The notes under the pieces were generated by a model. The model saw only the letters and a program-made list of their open reading frames with translations. It was not told the origin of the DNA and made no database searches. The position numbers were made by a program, and so were the translations under genes. Below, in pieces: positions 49,857 to 62,684 of a DNA stretch of 64,000 nucleotides; within the stretch, counting starts at the first letter, position 1; each line of letters starts with the position of its first letter. Location: assembly GCF_037042905.1 (NCBI RefSeq), contig NC_087250.1, positions 10,790,001 to 10,854,000 of the forward strand, given 5' to 3'. Source of the stretch: Lytechinus pictus (Eukaryota).

Positions 49857-52800
49857 CAGTGCCGGCCGCAGGAAACGTCACGCCCGAGCACGCAAACACC
49901 CTAGGGGGCTTTTGCGTCTAACCGAGGGTATTCAAGGGGAGCCCCCTAGGGTGTTTAGCCGCGCCCGCAGTTTCCTGCGTGCTATGTAATATTGGCCGTG
50001 CCCGCACTTATCTTCGGGTACCCTAGGGTACGTACATTGCATTATGTTTACATGTGCATGTACTTTGGTTATGTTGTGATAGACCATTATATTTTTAAAC
50101 TAGCGTGATCAGAATCTATTCTAGATTTTTTTTTTTTTAGATGTTGTTTGTTTTGTTTTCTTTCATTTTTTCATTTCTGTTTCCCCTTTTAATTCTTTTC
50201 CCTTATTCCCTTTTTCCTTTCTTCCTTCCTTCATGTTTTCTTCTGTCTTTGTTTCTTTCAAATAATGAAGGAATTTTTTTTTTTTCTTTCTCTTTTCCTC
50301 CATTTTTCTTACTTTTCTCTTTTCTCTCCTTATGTTTTTTTCTTTCACACATTCATTCATCTTCCCTTCCTTTATTTTAATTCTTTCTTTCTTTATTCAT
50401 TTCAAGTAATGACGGAAACTGTTATCTGTCTTTTATTCTTTCTTTCATCCTTTATTCAAACTTTTTTCCTTTTAATTTTTCCTTATTTTTTTCTTTCCTC
50501 TCAATTCATTTCTTGTTTCCTCATTTTTTTCTTCTCTTTTGTTTCTTCCGCTCACCCTCCCTCCCCCTTTCTTAATATATTTTGTTAACAAGTCTAACAT
50601 TGTGTAGCCTTTTTGTTGATTTTTTGGCCTGGCTCGGTCGATCCGATGGTACATAGTGCTTTGTCGATTGTCCCGTATTTAATTTTGTGAAATCTGGTAA
50701 CCCTTGCTGGAACATCGAATTTATTGTTTTTCATTTACCGCAATGAATCTAATCAATTAATCTAATTTGATGCATTAGGTAAACTTTTTTTCCTTACGCC
50801 TTACGTGGGAGGCATACATGTATCATACAAACTTGTTTAAAAAAATAGGACACAATTGTGATTTAATGTCATGGAGATCAATTCTTTATCTTTTGTGATA
50901 AGTTGTTTTTTTCTCTCTCCATACGTTCCCATTCCTCTCCCTTCAGCGTGAACTTTACACCTAATCCCATCTCCTTATTATGAACAGTGTAAGAACTAGA
51001 AAACATTTGAAACATTCTTCCTTGAGTTTTAACGGGGTGCACAGGGTGGAATCAGGAAAGAAGAAAGAAAGGCATATCAACAACAAAAAATAGTTAAAAT
51101 AGACAAAAGACATTAATAAGCAGACTTGATTTTTTTTTGTAAATCAAAATTGACAAGTTATTAACAGAGTGAATGTTAACAAACATTAATGACAAACTTA
51201 AAATAAAACAGAATTATGAATATCAAGGGCATTTGCGAATTATCATTATGTTAAAACAAACGTGCGGTCAATATTGGGATCGTCAATTCGTTGACATGGT
51301 TGATAAAGCCCTAATAAAGGGAATGAAAGGTACGTGAAAACGAATACTAGTATAACCAAGATCTAACAAAGTAGACGTGCAAAAAGCGAACACCAGCAAA
51401 ACTGGTTGTGCTCATCGATTTGTTATTTGGTTCTTTTGTTATTGTCAACAGTCTGGTAGAGTCTTGCTCCCCGCCCACACCTTTGATCTCCTTTGATCAC
51501 ATCCGCTTCCCAATTTATGACAGGATGTTCATAGAAATGGGGGGGGGGGGATTAATTTGTTGATGCGTTAACAACAATAAATGAGGATGTTCTGTTCATT
51601 TCGGTTCAAATCGGGTCTCTAAAACCCTCACCCTATAAAAAGTATTTACCTAAATGTAACAGATGGAACAGATTTATCTTTTTGCTAAAACATCTGATTA
51701 CATTACCTGCACTCTATTGCGGTTTTTAAGTTACATTGGTAGATATTCGAATTGGGAAGAGATGAAAGTGTTGGAAATAATAAATGAGAAGAAGGAAGAA
51801 ATATTCTTTGTTATATGAATTGGAAATGATAAAACCAAGTCACAACTTGGTATAATACAGAATTCAGTGTTATATGGCAGCTAAAAATAATAATACATGA
51901 CATTTGTAAAGCGCACTTTCCATCTTGATTGGATGCTCAATGCGCTTCAGAGCAAAGCAACAAAAGCTATTTACATAATGTAACTATTTAAAAAAATTCT
52001 AGCGCATTTAGCTTCAATGTTTAAACACATACCCTAGTAAAAGTATGTTTTCGAAAACTACTATGACGTAGTGTGTGGAATGGGTACTTAACGAGTTAAT
52101 TATCACTTTCCGACAAAGCAAGAATGGAGCAGCTATACAGACCATTCTATTCTTTTGTTAAGAGTTTTGGTGGGTGCTCACGCAAACGCTAACTATCAAA
52201 CCTAACAATTCTTTTGGGGGAACAAAGGAGTCAGTCAAGCCAAGTTAAATAATGAAAGCCCCGTCCCGGTTCACCTTTATATAGTCGAAAATCCTTTTAA
52301 TCATCACGCGTGAGCATTACTGAGTAAAACAAGTTTCATAACTAAGTACTGCAGAACTATATGGTATACATATTACCATGAAACAATAAGCCCCCTCTAT
52401 TTTCTCTTTCTCCCCTTTCCCCTTCGTTTCTTCGCTCCCTTCTGCTTCTCTCACTTTTTCTATTTCCTTCTCATTTTCCCTCCATCCCTTCCTATTTGCC
52501 TTTTTCTTTCATTTTTCTTTCTTCTTTCTTGAAGGAGCGGATGTTAATTCGGGACAAGTTTTTAATTGATGCAACGAGAGCAGGAAATTGTGAGCATGGT
52601 GAGAGAAAATAATTACAAGATTGAGCGCAAGAATGTTCAATACTTGTCATCAGCGTAAAAATGGGCAGATGCGAGTTACTAACGTATTTTCTGACATGAA
52701 AATCTGGACAAATTCCCAAATTTTTCTTCCCACTTTCTCTCTTTTCCTCTACTTTTTCTTAAGTCCCACTTCTATTGTCCCCTGTACTTCTTACCTTTTC

Positions 52801-53845
52801 CTGCGCCCTTCCTTCTCTTCCCCTTTTCGCTTTTTTACTCCATTTTATTATGTCTCCCTTCTTCATTTTATTTAATTTCCCCCTCCTTATCATTCTCTCT
52901 TTCTCATTCTGTCCTTCCTTTTCTTCCTTTGTCTCTTCTTCTTCCCTTCGATTTTCAATCTATTTTCCTTTTCTCCTTTTCCCTCTTTTCTGTCTGCCTC
53001 ACCTTCCCTTTTTTATCCCCTCTGTTTTCTTCTCCATTTCACCTTTTCCTTATTTCTTTTCTTTACCCCCTCTCCCTCTTTCTCCTCTTCACCCCCCCCC
53101 CTATTTTCTCTTTCTGCACTTTCCCCTTCTCTCACTTTTTCTTTTTCCTTCTCGTCTTCAATCCATCCCTTCATTTTCGCCTTTTCTTTCATTTTTGCTT
53201 TCTTCTTCTCCCTTTTATCTGCATCTCGTAGATCCGCGCCTAAAAGGCATGTCAGGGTATATAAAAAAGGATGACCATGTAGGGAAAGAATAGAGTAGAT
53301 GGTTCTAGGACGACCTCTGGAATGTAGGGTCAACATCGACAAATACCTGCTCCTTTGTCAGAAACTCATTTACGATCACGACTAACCATGTCAGTGAATG
53401 AAATAACGGACACCACGGGAGAATATTCATATACATGTATAGGAAAGGACCCTTTACACTGGTGCCAGTGTGTAATCGAACACAATAAGTAATTCGGTGA
53501 AAAGCCTAAAATCCCAGTTATCAACCCAAAACTTTGTAATTTTCATAACAGATTTTATCCACGATAAATTATCGAAAACTTATGCTTGATATGAGATAAA
53601 AATCACATGCAGTCTTGAACGAATGTGTCAAATCAGACCTCCTCTTTCGACCAAGAATGCCCGGCCGAACATACTAGGGAAACACCCTAGGATAGACGCG
53701 GGCACTATCCTCGGGCGCTCCCCTAGGGCACTCATGTCCTAGGGGAGCGGACGCGGGCGTCTTCCCTCGTCCGCTCCCCTCAAATGTCCGCTACGGGCTA
53801 CCGCGTTCGCCCTAGGGGGCACTGTGACGTTTCCCGCGGTCGGCA

Positions 53846-53848
<3 letters not shown>
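49857..53848. mobile_element. ~4-kb non-autonomous DNA transposon with 25-bp TIRs and TA TSD (Tc1/mariner-like CAGTG ends)
   Basis: TA|CAGTGCCGGCCGCAGGAAACGTCAC ... GTGACGTTTCCCGCGGTCGGCACTG|TA; CCCTAGGG subterminal motifs and long pyrimidine tracts inside. Confidence 0.85.
51469..51510. promoter_or_regulatory. Motif cluster: GC box, two TCF/LEF sites and ETS-like cores
   Basis: ccccgccc (51469-51476), CCTTTGATC (51480-51488 and 51490-51498), acatccg/cttcc (51499-51510). Function untested. Confidence 0.45.
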
Positions 53849-53883
<35 letters not shown>

Positions 53884-54294
53884 CACTTTGATGTGTCATG
53901 TATTTCGACTGTCCAAATTTAGTCACGCTGATTGCACCCTAACACGGGAAAGCTTACCTAAAAATGTATGTTTTTGTTACTGTCGAATAAACAACATTTT
54001 GTCATGTCTGCATACCAATCAGATAAACATTTTCAGTTTCCTACCTTTCTTTTGTTAAATAACTTCCATCCTTTTCTTGCAAACGTTCCGACTAGTAGCA
54101 CCATGGGTTCATATTTCGACTCTTTACCAGTGTAGTAAAATAACACGAAATCGTCATTACGGTGTAGCCTTAATTTCGGTGAATGTTACGTAATCTTCGC
54201 ACACCGAATTCGCAGAGCGGCAGCATGGTCGAGTGACTTTTGTAGCCTGTTATTAGTCGTTTCGCGCGTATTTGACACAGAAGCTTGCACCGTG

Positions 54295-55376
54295 CAGTCA
54301 GACCGCAGGTCCCTATGCTAATGAGCAAAAAGGCCAGATTCATCCAAATCATCTCGTGACTGAATCCTCCTCCTTGCAAAATCTCGTGATTCGTGAGATT
54401 TTCTTTCTCAAAGAATTTACCTGTTTTAACCTCAAGTTAAATGAAATATTATTGCACCATCAAATAGAGTAAAAATTACTCTTTCATATTGGTATTTATT
54501 TTGTATACAATATTTTGTTAAATAAGTACATTTCTGGCCTGAAAATGTGCCTCAAAACTGAATTTTCTTCCTCTGTTTTCTTTTGCAAATTGTGCAAAAC
54601 TTTTTATTTTGAGCCTCAATGATATCTATATCACCATAAAGCTGAATTTCTGTACTTTCTCACAATACCACTCTTGATATGCGGCACCTTTTAATCGGGT
54701 CAAGATCACACTTTTCCCAACAAGGTACAAGACGAGATTTCTGAAATTTTGTACTTGCATGAAATCCAGAGTTCTGATTGGCTGGATAAGGTTCACAGAA
54801 CTACAGGCGCGGGGTATTTGAGGAGATTACCACATGGGAAGTGTGACCTTCCCACGAACCCAGGCACTGGGACCGTTGGAATTTGCCATTGTGTGGTCTC
54901 TTTGACCAATCAGAGTGCAGTATTCTTGTTTTCAAACTGCTTTATGTACTTGGCAAATGAAAAGTGTGATCTTGACCCGATTAAACCAATTCTTATTTTG
55001 AAACCTATATCATTTCAAAGCATACATATTCAGCTTTATCATGATATAAAATCATTTGGGCTCAAACAAAAATAAAGTGTGAAAATAGCAGCATTTGTCA
55101 GGTAAAAATATTTCTTTTGTAGCATATTTTAGATCAAAATTTTAACCTATATTACAAAATCTTTGAATAAATCCAAACACATGACCTGAAATAATGATTC
55201 TTCCTCTTTACAATGGTACCAAATTCATGAAATTCGATGCACAATTAGAGCAGCAATGACCGAATGAAAAGAGGTGTTTCGGTCCGCATCAAGCTCATTA
55301 AATATGCAAAACATCTCAAGTCATGAATATCACTTGGATGAAAGAAGCCACTTTCTTGGGACCTGCAGTCTGACTG
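54295..55376 (+). mobile_element. Non-autonomous DNA transposon, copy B, 4-bp TSD CGTG
   Basis: CGTG|CAGTCAGACCGCAGGTCCC ... GGGACCTGCAGTCTGACTG|CGTG. Confidence 0.9.
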
Positions 55377-57400
55377 CGTGCGATGATGCACACAGCACTC
55401 GCGCTCTTGACCGAAGAGCCGACCCAACATGCCCAATGAACTTACGCACAAACTAAGGCCTATACCTCAGGTATCTTTCCTTGCATGCACACACCAGTTA
55501 GTAGCTTCATGCACACACCAAACCACATCTCCCTGGTATACACATGATACATGTAATGATAAACATGATAAGAGAGAATTGAGAGGAATGAGGGAAATTG
55601 TTCTCTGACCATCGTGATCATTGTGAATGTAGGCCTACAAAACATGCATGCTAACTGACTACGGGACCAACCAGCCAGTACCAGTTAAAATAGTCACAGT
55701 TTCCCCCTTTTCTGCACTTAACAATCATTATAAAGCCAAAGGAAAAATAAGGGATATTATGATTCATGTGATATTGGACAAGTCATGTAAGTTTTATAAT
55801 TTCATCATGTTCATCTGTTTTGTAATTGATGATCCTGATGATTCCTTCACTGTGTCAGTGAACTGCATCAAAGACTCATAATTTTTATATAGTTTTTACT
55901 GGATTTTATTGTACATGTCGATCTTATGCTCCCGTTTCTATCACCTCTGAATATTAATACTAACGCAAATAATCTTCAATATCACTGTAGTAGTACGACG
56001 TTGTGTACATACCAGTACACTATACGTGTAGAATGAAAGTTCACATATCGGATACAAAAGTTTACGTGAATGACGGCTGTCATAAACGCCTACCAGTCGT
56101 TTTATTCAGCTTTGCAAAACTGATTTACATGTTCTTTTGCTAAATTATAACAAAATGGCACGGTAAAAATCTAATCGGCATGGATAGATCGGATGCTGAT
56201 AAAGTTGAAAAACAAAGTATCGTAGTTTGCGGAAATCCTTTTGTTTTGGGACAAATCGCCGGGAAGGGAAAGAAGGGGGAAGAGCTCGTGGAATCGTTCG
56301 CTCTCGCTTGTTTATCATAGGTTTGCGTGCAAATCTCTGTGAACCGTTGGCAGTGTGCAGCGCTCTCGCTGTTATCGATTCACTGTGGTGACCTCATTTT
56401 ATTACATGTTTGCGTAATGACGATTTCGCGTGATTTTACTACACTGTTTACTGGGATGCACTGCATGTGTGTACACAGACATCAACCAAAAATCGATCAA
56501 GTCCAAAATTGTTCGATGTGTTCTCACAGCGGACCCTGCCAACTGATATGCACACCAACAAAGATTGTTTAATGGTTTTAGTGAGGCAATTCCTGTTAAA
56601 ATCATAAGACATGGCAATTTACCTTAATTCCTGCAAGATCCAGTTCTATTTTGTTCCCCTTTTGACCACTAAAATTTGCCATCTCTTCTTGTATGTATAC
56701 GTCAGGACCCCTCTATACAGAACATCGTGAATAATCGATTTAACATTGTCAGAACCTAGAGGTAGTCTTTCCTGTAAAGCTGTTTTGATTGATTTGGCTA
56801 ATTTGCATATATCTAAAATGGCAGACAGGCGCCAACTTGAAAAAAAAAACCGCTTGCCCCAAAATGATGAGGAATGCCCATTTAAAGGGTTTAGGGTGTG
56901 TAGAATCCATTTATTTTATAATTTGTGCAATATAAGGTCATATTCAGGTGAAACCCCAGACGGCTGCCAGACACCATCTTGAAAAATTAAATTGGAACCC
57001 TTGCCTTAGAAAAGTGATTAATAACTATTTTAATTGGTTTTAGAATATGTACAATCCATTTCTATTAACGTTTTCGTAATAAAAGGTCATCTTCGGGTCA
57101 AATTCAAGATGGCGGCCACACGCCATCTTGAAGAATTGCTTTTGAACCCTCTACCTCAGAATGATGAGTAATATCTTTTTTTTTTTTTGGAGCTGTTATG
57201 TCTGTGTTGTTATACATACGAATCGTAGGAGCAATTACATTCATTTAATTTAGTTATTTCTTTTTTAAAGGAAATTCATAGCATATAATGATTAAGAATA
57301 TTCCAGAATGTCTCAGTAAAGCTTTCTTGGGTATGCTTATTTAATGAGGCTGAGTGATTTTCGTTATTTCTGGAATGTACTGACAAAGATAGATAATAGA

Positions 57401-57471
57401 GGTTACAGCCCGATAGACCGCGGGTCCGATAGACCGCGGGTCCGATAGTCCGCGGGTCCGATTGACCGCGG
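57401..57471 (+). repeat. 16-bp tandem repeat (ccgatagaccgcgggt x4) after GGTTAC; probable MITE end
   Basis: Direct inspection; same GGTTAC start as the 39054 element. Confidence 0.7.
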
Positions 57472-57647
57472 TGTGTGTAAAATTATGATCAGGATCTAGT
57501 GAATTCCAATGTTATCGAGAGGTCAAAAGGTCAATGATACGAGTCCATGGGGTTCTATAACGATGACCCACAGGAAAATCGCCCCCTGACATCTACTTCA
57601 AGGAAAATATCATCCCCATATTTTTATCGTCGGGGATTGTTACCCCT

Positions 57648-60420
57648 GTTGCACCCACAAATGTAATAACACTTTACCCACAAATGTAATAACGCCCACA
57701 AATGTAATAACGCCCACAAATGTAATAACACTTTACCCACAAATGTAATAATTTTTGATCGCCCACAAATGTAATAATGACTTTACCCACAAATGTAATA
57801 AATTTGAAGGGATTTTTGGCGAATCCGTTCTAAACTAAAATCCTATAGTAATGCGTTCATATAGCACAAAAGTGCAGTCTTTTTTCCAGACCCGGTTAAT
57901 TGAACATTATAGTACAAGTCCAAAATCTTTTTCCAGACCCGGTTGTTTCAAAATTATAATTTATGTCCAAAGTCTTTTTTCCAGACCCGGTTAATTAAAA
58001 AATTATAATGCAAGTCCAAAGTCTTTTTTTTTCAGACCCGGTCGTTTCAAACATTATAATATAAGCCAAAGTATTTTTTCCAGACCTGGTTAATAAAACA
58101 TTATAGTACAATTCCAGAGTCTTTTTTCCAGACCCGGTTGTTTCAAAAATGTTAATATAAGTCCAAAGTCTTTTTTTTTCAGACCCAGTTGTTTCAAAAA
58201 TTTTAATATAAGTCCAAAGTCTTTTTCCAGACCCGGTTATTTCAAAAATTATAATATAAGTACAAACTAAGTTACGTTAATGGTATTCCAGAAAAAAAAT
58301 GAGAATCGAGCTTAGTTTTTTCTCAAGACCCAGTTAATTAAAACTGGTGGAATTAATGTCTTTGTTGTTGTTTAACTTTTACGGCGTATATTGTGAATAT
58401 ATGCGCTAAGAGTAAATTGAGAATCAAGCGTAGTCTTTTCTCCAGACCCGGTTACTTAAAACTAAAAACTAAACCCAATAGCAATGTGTTCATATAGCAC
58501 AAAAGTGCAAAGTCTTTTTTCCAGACCCGGATAATTAAACAATTTCAATATAAGTTCAAAGTCTTTCCTCCAGACCCGGCTATTAAAAATTGAATTAAAA
58601 AACTTCAAATCTAAGACCAATTTTCCAAAGTTTCACCCAGAAAAAAAATATGTCTTTACCCCACATCCATTTTTTTAAAATAGTACTACGACCCAAACAA
58701 AACATTGTAATAATGCATGGGCAAAGCAAACATCCTTTCTCCAGACTTGGCTATTATTTGAAAAAGATAAAATAGTTTTTACAAATATTCTAAAACGAAT
58801 ACCCAATAATCTAATTACTGTGGAATAACATGAAGACCGATTGTCGAAGATCGACTTTCCTCCAGACACAATTATTTCAAGAATAAAAAAAAATCAATAA
58901 AACCCAACCCCCCAAAACGATTCTTAGAACCAAGAATCCTCAAATTAAGACCATCCATGTAGAAAAGCACATGTTTAGAGCGTTGTCTTTATTCCAGTCC
59001 CAGTAATTAAAAAATGATTTAAACAATCTTAAAAACAAAAGACTTTGTCATATTCTTATTCTTTTGGAATAAAACGAGTATTATGCTTAGTCTTTCAAAT
59101 ATTGAAACAAAATCACAGCTAAGACCAATCTTAAAAATTAAACCCACTTAAAATGCTTGGGCTTAGAGTGTTGTCTATACCCCTCACCCAGTTCACTTTA
59201 AAATACAAATTAAGCGAAATATTAATCTTAGAACTTAGACCCCAGCACCTTCCAAACTATAAAACCCTTGTGATAACGCATACTTAATTTCACCAGACCA
59301 GTTTACTGAAAAAAGACAGAACAAACAAAAAATAACCCTCTTCCAGCCTAACATCCTGTAATAAATGGTGTAATTAAACATTCATTTTTCTTCCAGGCAA
59401 ACACATTTATAATAAAAAACAACATCAAAATGAGTTGTTGACTGACGTTTTATCCGACACTGGTAGCACTGCTTCTTAGCCAATCAACATCAGGAACAGT
59501 TGTCAGATCTAACAACTTGTCGGACATAAATGTTGATGAAAAACTCCCCCAATCATCTTATTCATGTTGAACAGGCACAATAATATGATTGAGTCTTAGT
59601 TATGAGGATTTCATTTATCTTATTTTTTAAATGACAAGGTCTGGAATAAAGAAAACTCTCTAAACTTTTATTTCTTGAAAGTTCTTTTGGTTTGAAGGAT
59701 AATTGGGCCTTGGATTCTGTTATTTTTTTAATGATTTTGGTTATTTTGAAATAATTGGGTATGGAGGAAAGACTACACCATATTTCCATGTTATTCAATG
59801 TTGATAAGATTGCAGGTTCTTTGTTTTGTTGTTGTTGTGTTTTAAATGACTTATAACTGGGTCTGGAGGAAAGACTACGCTATATTTCCATGTTTTTCAA
59901 CATAAAGAGGATCGTGGGTCTTTGTTTGCTTTTTTATTATTACTAATTTATTATTACTAATTTATTATAATTATTCATCATTTCTTATTTGAAAGATCTG
60001 GGTCTGGAGGAAAGACAACGCTATATTTCCATGTTATTCAACATAAATAGGATCGTGGGTCTTTGTTTGCTTTTTTTATTATTACTAATTTATTATTATT
60101 ATTATTATTTATTCATTTGTTATTTGAAACATCTGGGTCTGGATGAAAGACTACGCTATATTTCCATGTTATTTAAAATCTACAAGAGAGTTGGGGTCTT
60201 TGTTACTTTTCCACCAGTTTTAATTAACTGGGTCTGGAGAAAAGACTAAGCTCGATTCTCATTTCATTCCACTAGAATATCATTATTGTGTCTTAGTTTG
60301 GACTTATAATAATTTTGAAATTACAGGGTCTGGAAAAAAAGACTTTGACATATATTATAATTTTTTAAACGGCCAGGTCTGGAAAAAAGACTTTGATATT
60401 CTATTATTATTTTGACCTAG
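57648..60420. mobile_element. Foldback-type element: 7 x cccacaaatgtaataa subterminal repeats, a ~60-bp ccagacccgg array (57880-58580) and the inverted array (59850-60390)
   Basis: Tandem arrays in opposite orientations; right boundary approximate. Confidence 0.65.
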
Positions 60421-60768
60421 GATCGAGACATTTTAGCCCTAAGGACATTTTGTCATCATATAATAATAATGACTATCTTCTATTTCTTTTCCTAAAACTT
60501 GTCAATATTTATTTCTGAAAAAGGGACAATTTAGTTATTATGAATTGATACAAATTTTATTTCATATTTCTTAATCTGTTAAGCCTAATGAGTGTGTGAA
60601 ATTTTTTGACAGTGCATGAGGCCTGAAAACTGGATATTTTAAGTATTTTTGTAATCATGAATAGGATTCATTGGTTGATATATCTTTAGCAAATAATGCG
60701 AGCGCAAATCGCGATCCGGAATTTTTTAATGAGGGGATTTAAGTAGTTTGTTATAGAATTAATATATA

Positions 60769-61628
60769 CAGTGCCGGCCGCGGGAAACGTCACAGTGCCC
60801 CCTAGGGCGAACGCGGTAGCCCGTAGCGGGCATTTGAGGGGAGCGGACGAGGGAAGACGCCCGCGTCCGCTCCCCTAGGACATGAGTGCCCTAGGGGAGC
60901 GCCCGAGGGTAGTGCCCGCGTCTATCCTAGGGTGTTTCCCTATGATGTTCGGCCGTGCATTCTTGGTCGAAAGAAGAGGTCTGATTTGACACATTCAAGA
61001 CTGCATGTGATTTTTATCTCATATCAAGTACAAGTTTTCGATCATTTATCGTAGATTAAATCTGTTATGAAAATAACAAAGTTTTGGGTTGATAACTGGG
61101 ATTTTAGGCTTTTTCACCGAATGACTTATTGTGTTCGATTACACACTGGCACCGGCGTAAAGGGTCCTTTCGTATATATGAATATTCTTCCCGTGGTGTC
61201 CGTTATTTCATTCACTGACATGGTCAGTCGTGATCGTAAATGAGTTTCTGAAAAGGGAGCAGGTATTTGTCGATGTTGACCCTACATTCCGGAGGTCGTC
61301 CTAGAACTATTTACTTTATTCTTTCCCTGCATGGTCATCTTTTTTGATATACCCTGACATGCCTTTCAGGCGCGGATGAAAGAAAAGGGCAAAAAGGAAG
61401 GGATGGAAGGAAAATGAGAAGGAAAATAATAAAAGTGAGAGAAGGAGAAGGGAGCGAAGAAAAGAAGGGGGAAAAGAGGGGGCTTATTGTTTCATGGTAA
61501 TATGGATACCATATAGTTCTGCAGTACTTAGTAATGAAACTTGTTTTACTCAGTAATGCTCACGCGTGATGATTAAAGGGATTTTTGACTATACAGAGGT
61601 GAACCGGGACGGGGCTTTCATTCTTTAA
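60769..61628. mobile_element. Second copy (opposite orientation) of the 49857-53848 element, cut by a piggyBac-like insertion
   Basis: TA|CAGTGCCGGCCGCGGGAAACGTCAC; reverse complement of 53848 to ~52245, lacking most of the 52490-53220 tract. Confidence 0.88.
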
Positions 61629-62450
61629 CCCTTTGCGTGCGACGGGCTTCCACAGAAGCCCAGCGAGTCGTTCACTTAGCTACGACGGGCTTCTACAGAA
61701 GCCGAGATTTGTTTGGTTTAATTCGATGAAGTTTTTCAGCTTTTTCGTAATTCGGATGTTGTTTGAAGGTTTGCATGGTGGTATGTACAATCGCTGATGT
61801 GGTTTACGGTACACCATGTGTAGTGTCATAGAAACAGTGGATAGAAGAAGAGAAGAAATGGATATGCGAGAAAGTGGAGATTTGAGAGTAGAGTATTCTT
61901 TCTTGCGAGTAGTCCTGAAACGGACTGTAAACCAGGAAAGATTGAAGAGTTGAGAACAGCTTGAGTAGTAGAGCCGATGAGGAGATGCTGGCTTGAGTCG
62001 GCGAGTAGAGATGATGAGTAGTAGAGAGACTCGACGTTTCGGGCAGGTTGACTGTCCGTCTTAAGGAGTGAGTGTTCGCTGTTGTTGTTGTTATTTTAAA
62101 TAGGCAAACTAGTCAGTTTTGACTATTGTTGCCTTGTAAATTTGCTTTCCCTTTTTTTTCAAAAAGAATAATTTCTTTGTTCAATCTATATCAGTTGAAA
62201 AAAGTAAAGGAAAGATAGGAAAGAAAAGTTCCTAGGAAATCGTGCAAGACCACCTCTCCTGCCCTGTATTAGTACGTTATCCTGACAAGCCCGCTCGAGG
62301 TACATTTCGAGGGCGTCTCAGGCGTACAAACAAATTGTACTCCCTATGTCTCTCAAACGTGAGCAGGTGGCGCTCTATCCGATACCTCGTAGAACTCCAT
62401 TTAAAATTCCGCAGGTGAAAATTTATGTCAAATCGATCAGATCAATTAAT
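61629..62450 (+). mobile_element. piggyBac-like element end
   Basis: TTAA|CCCTTTGCGTGC with duplicated subterminal cgacgggcttc.acagaagcc. The paralogous site at 52245 shows an empty TTAA. Right boundary not seen. Confidence 0.75.
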
Positions 62451-62684
62451 ATCAACATTTTTTTTTTATAACTTTTTAACAAACAAAAAAAAACATTTAC
62501 AGTAGAGTAAATACTGACATTCAAGGGCCATATGATAAAGTGAAAGTGACAAGAAAGGTGCACACATAGACTATTTAGGTGAAAACATCATCGATTACAT
62601 CATAAACAATTACCCCCCAAGATCGATGAATAATATTATATATACACCTTGCTCAGAAAAAGTATTATGGTTACGAAGTCTTGA

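Noticed and set aside
50141..53342. Phe/Leu/Ser-rich and Lys/Glu-rich ORFs resembling membrane or charged proteins
   Set aside because: Translations of polypyrimidine/polypurine tracts inside a transposon.
57655..57800. CRISPR-like repeat-spacer look of the cccacaaatgtaataa array
   Set aside because: Spacers are only 2-12 nt and partly repeated, the context is eukaryotic, and no cas genes are present.
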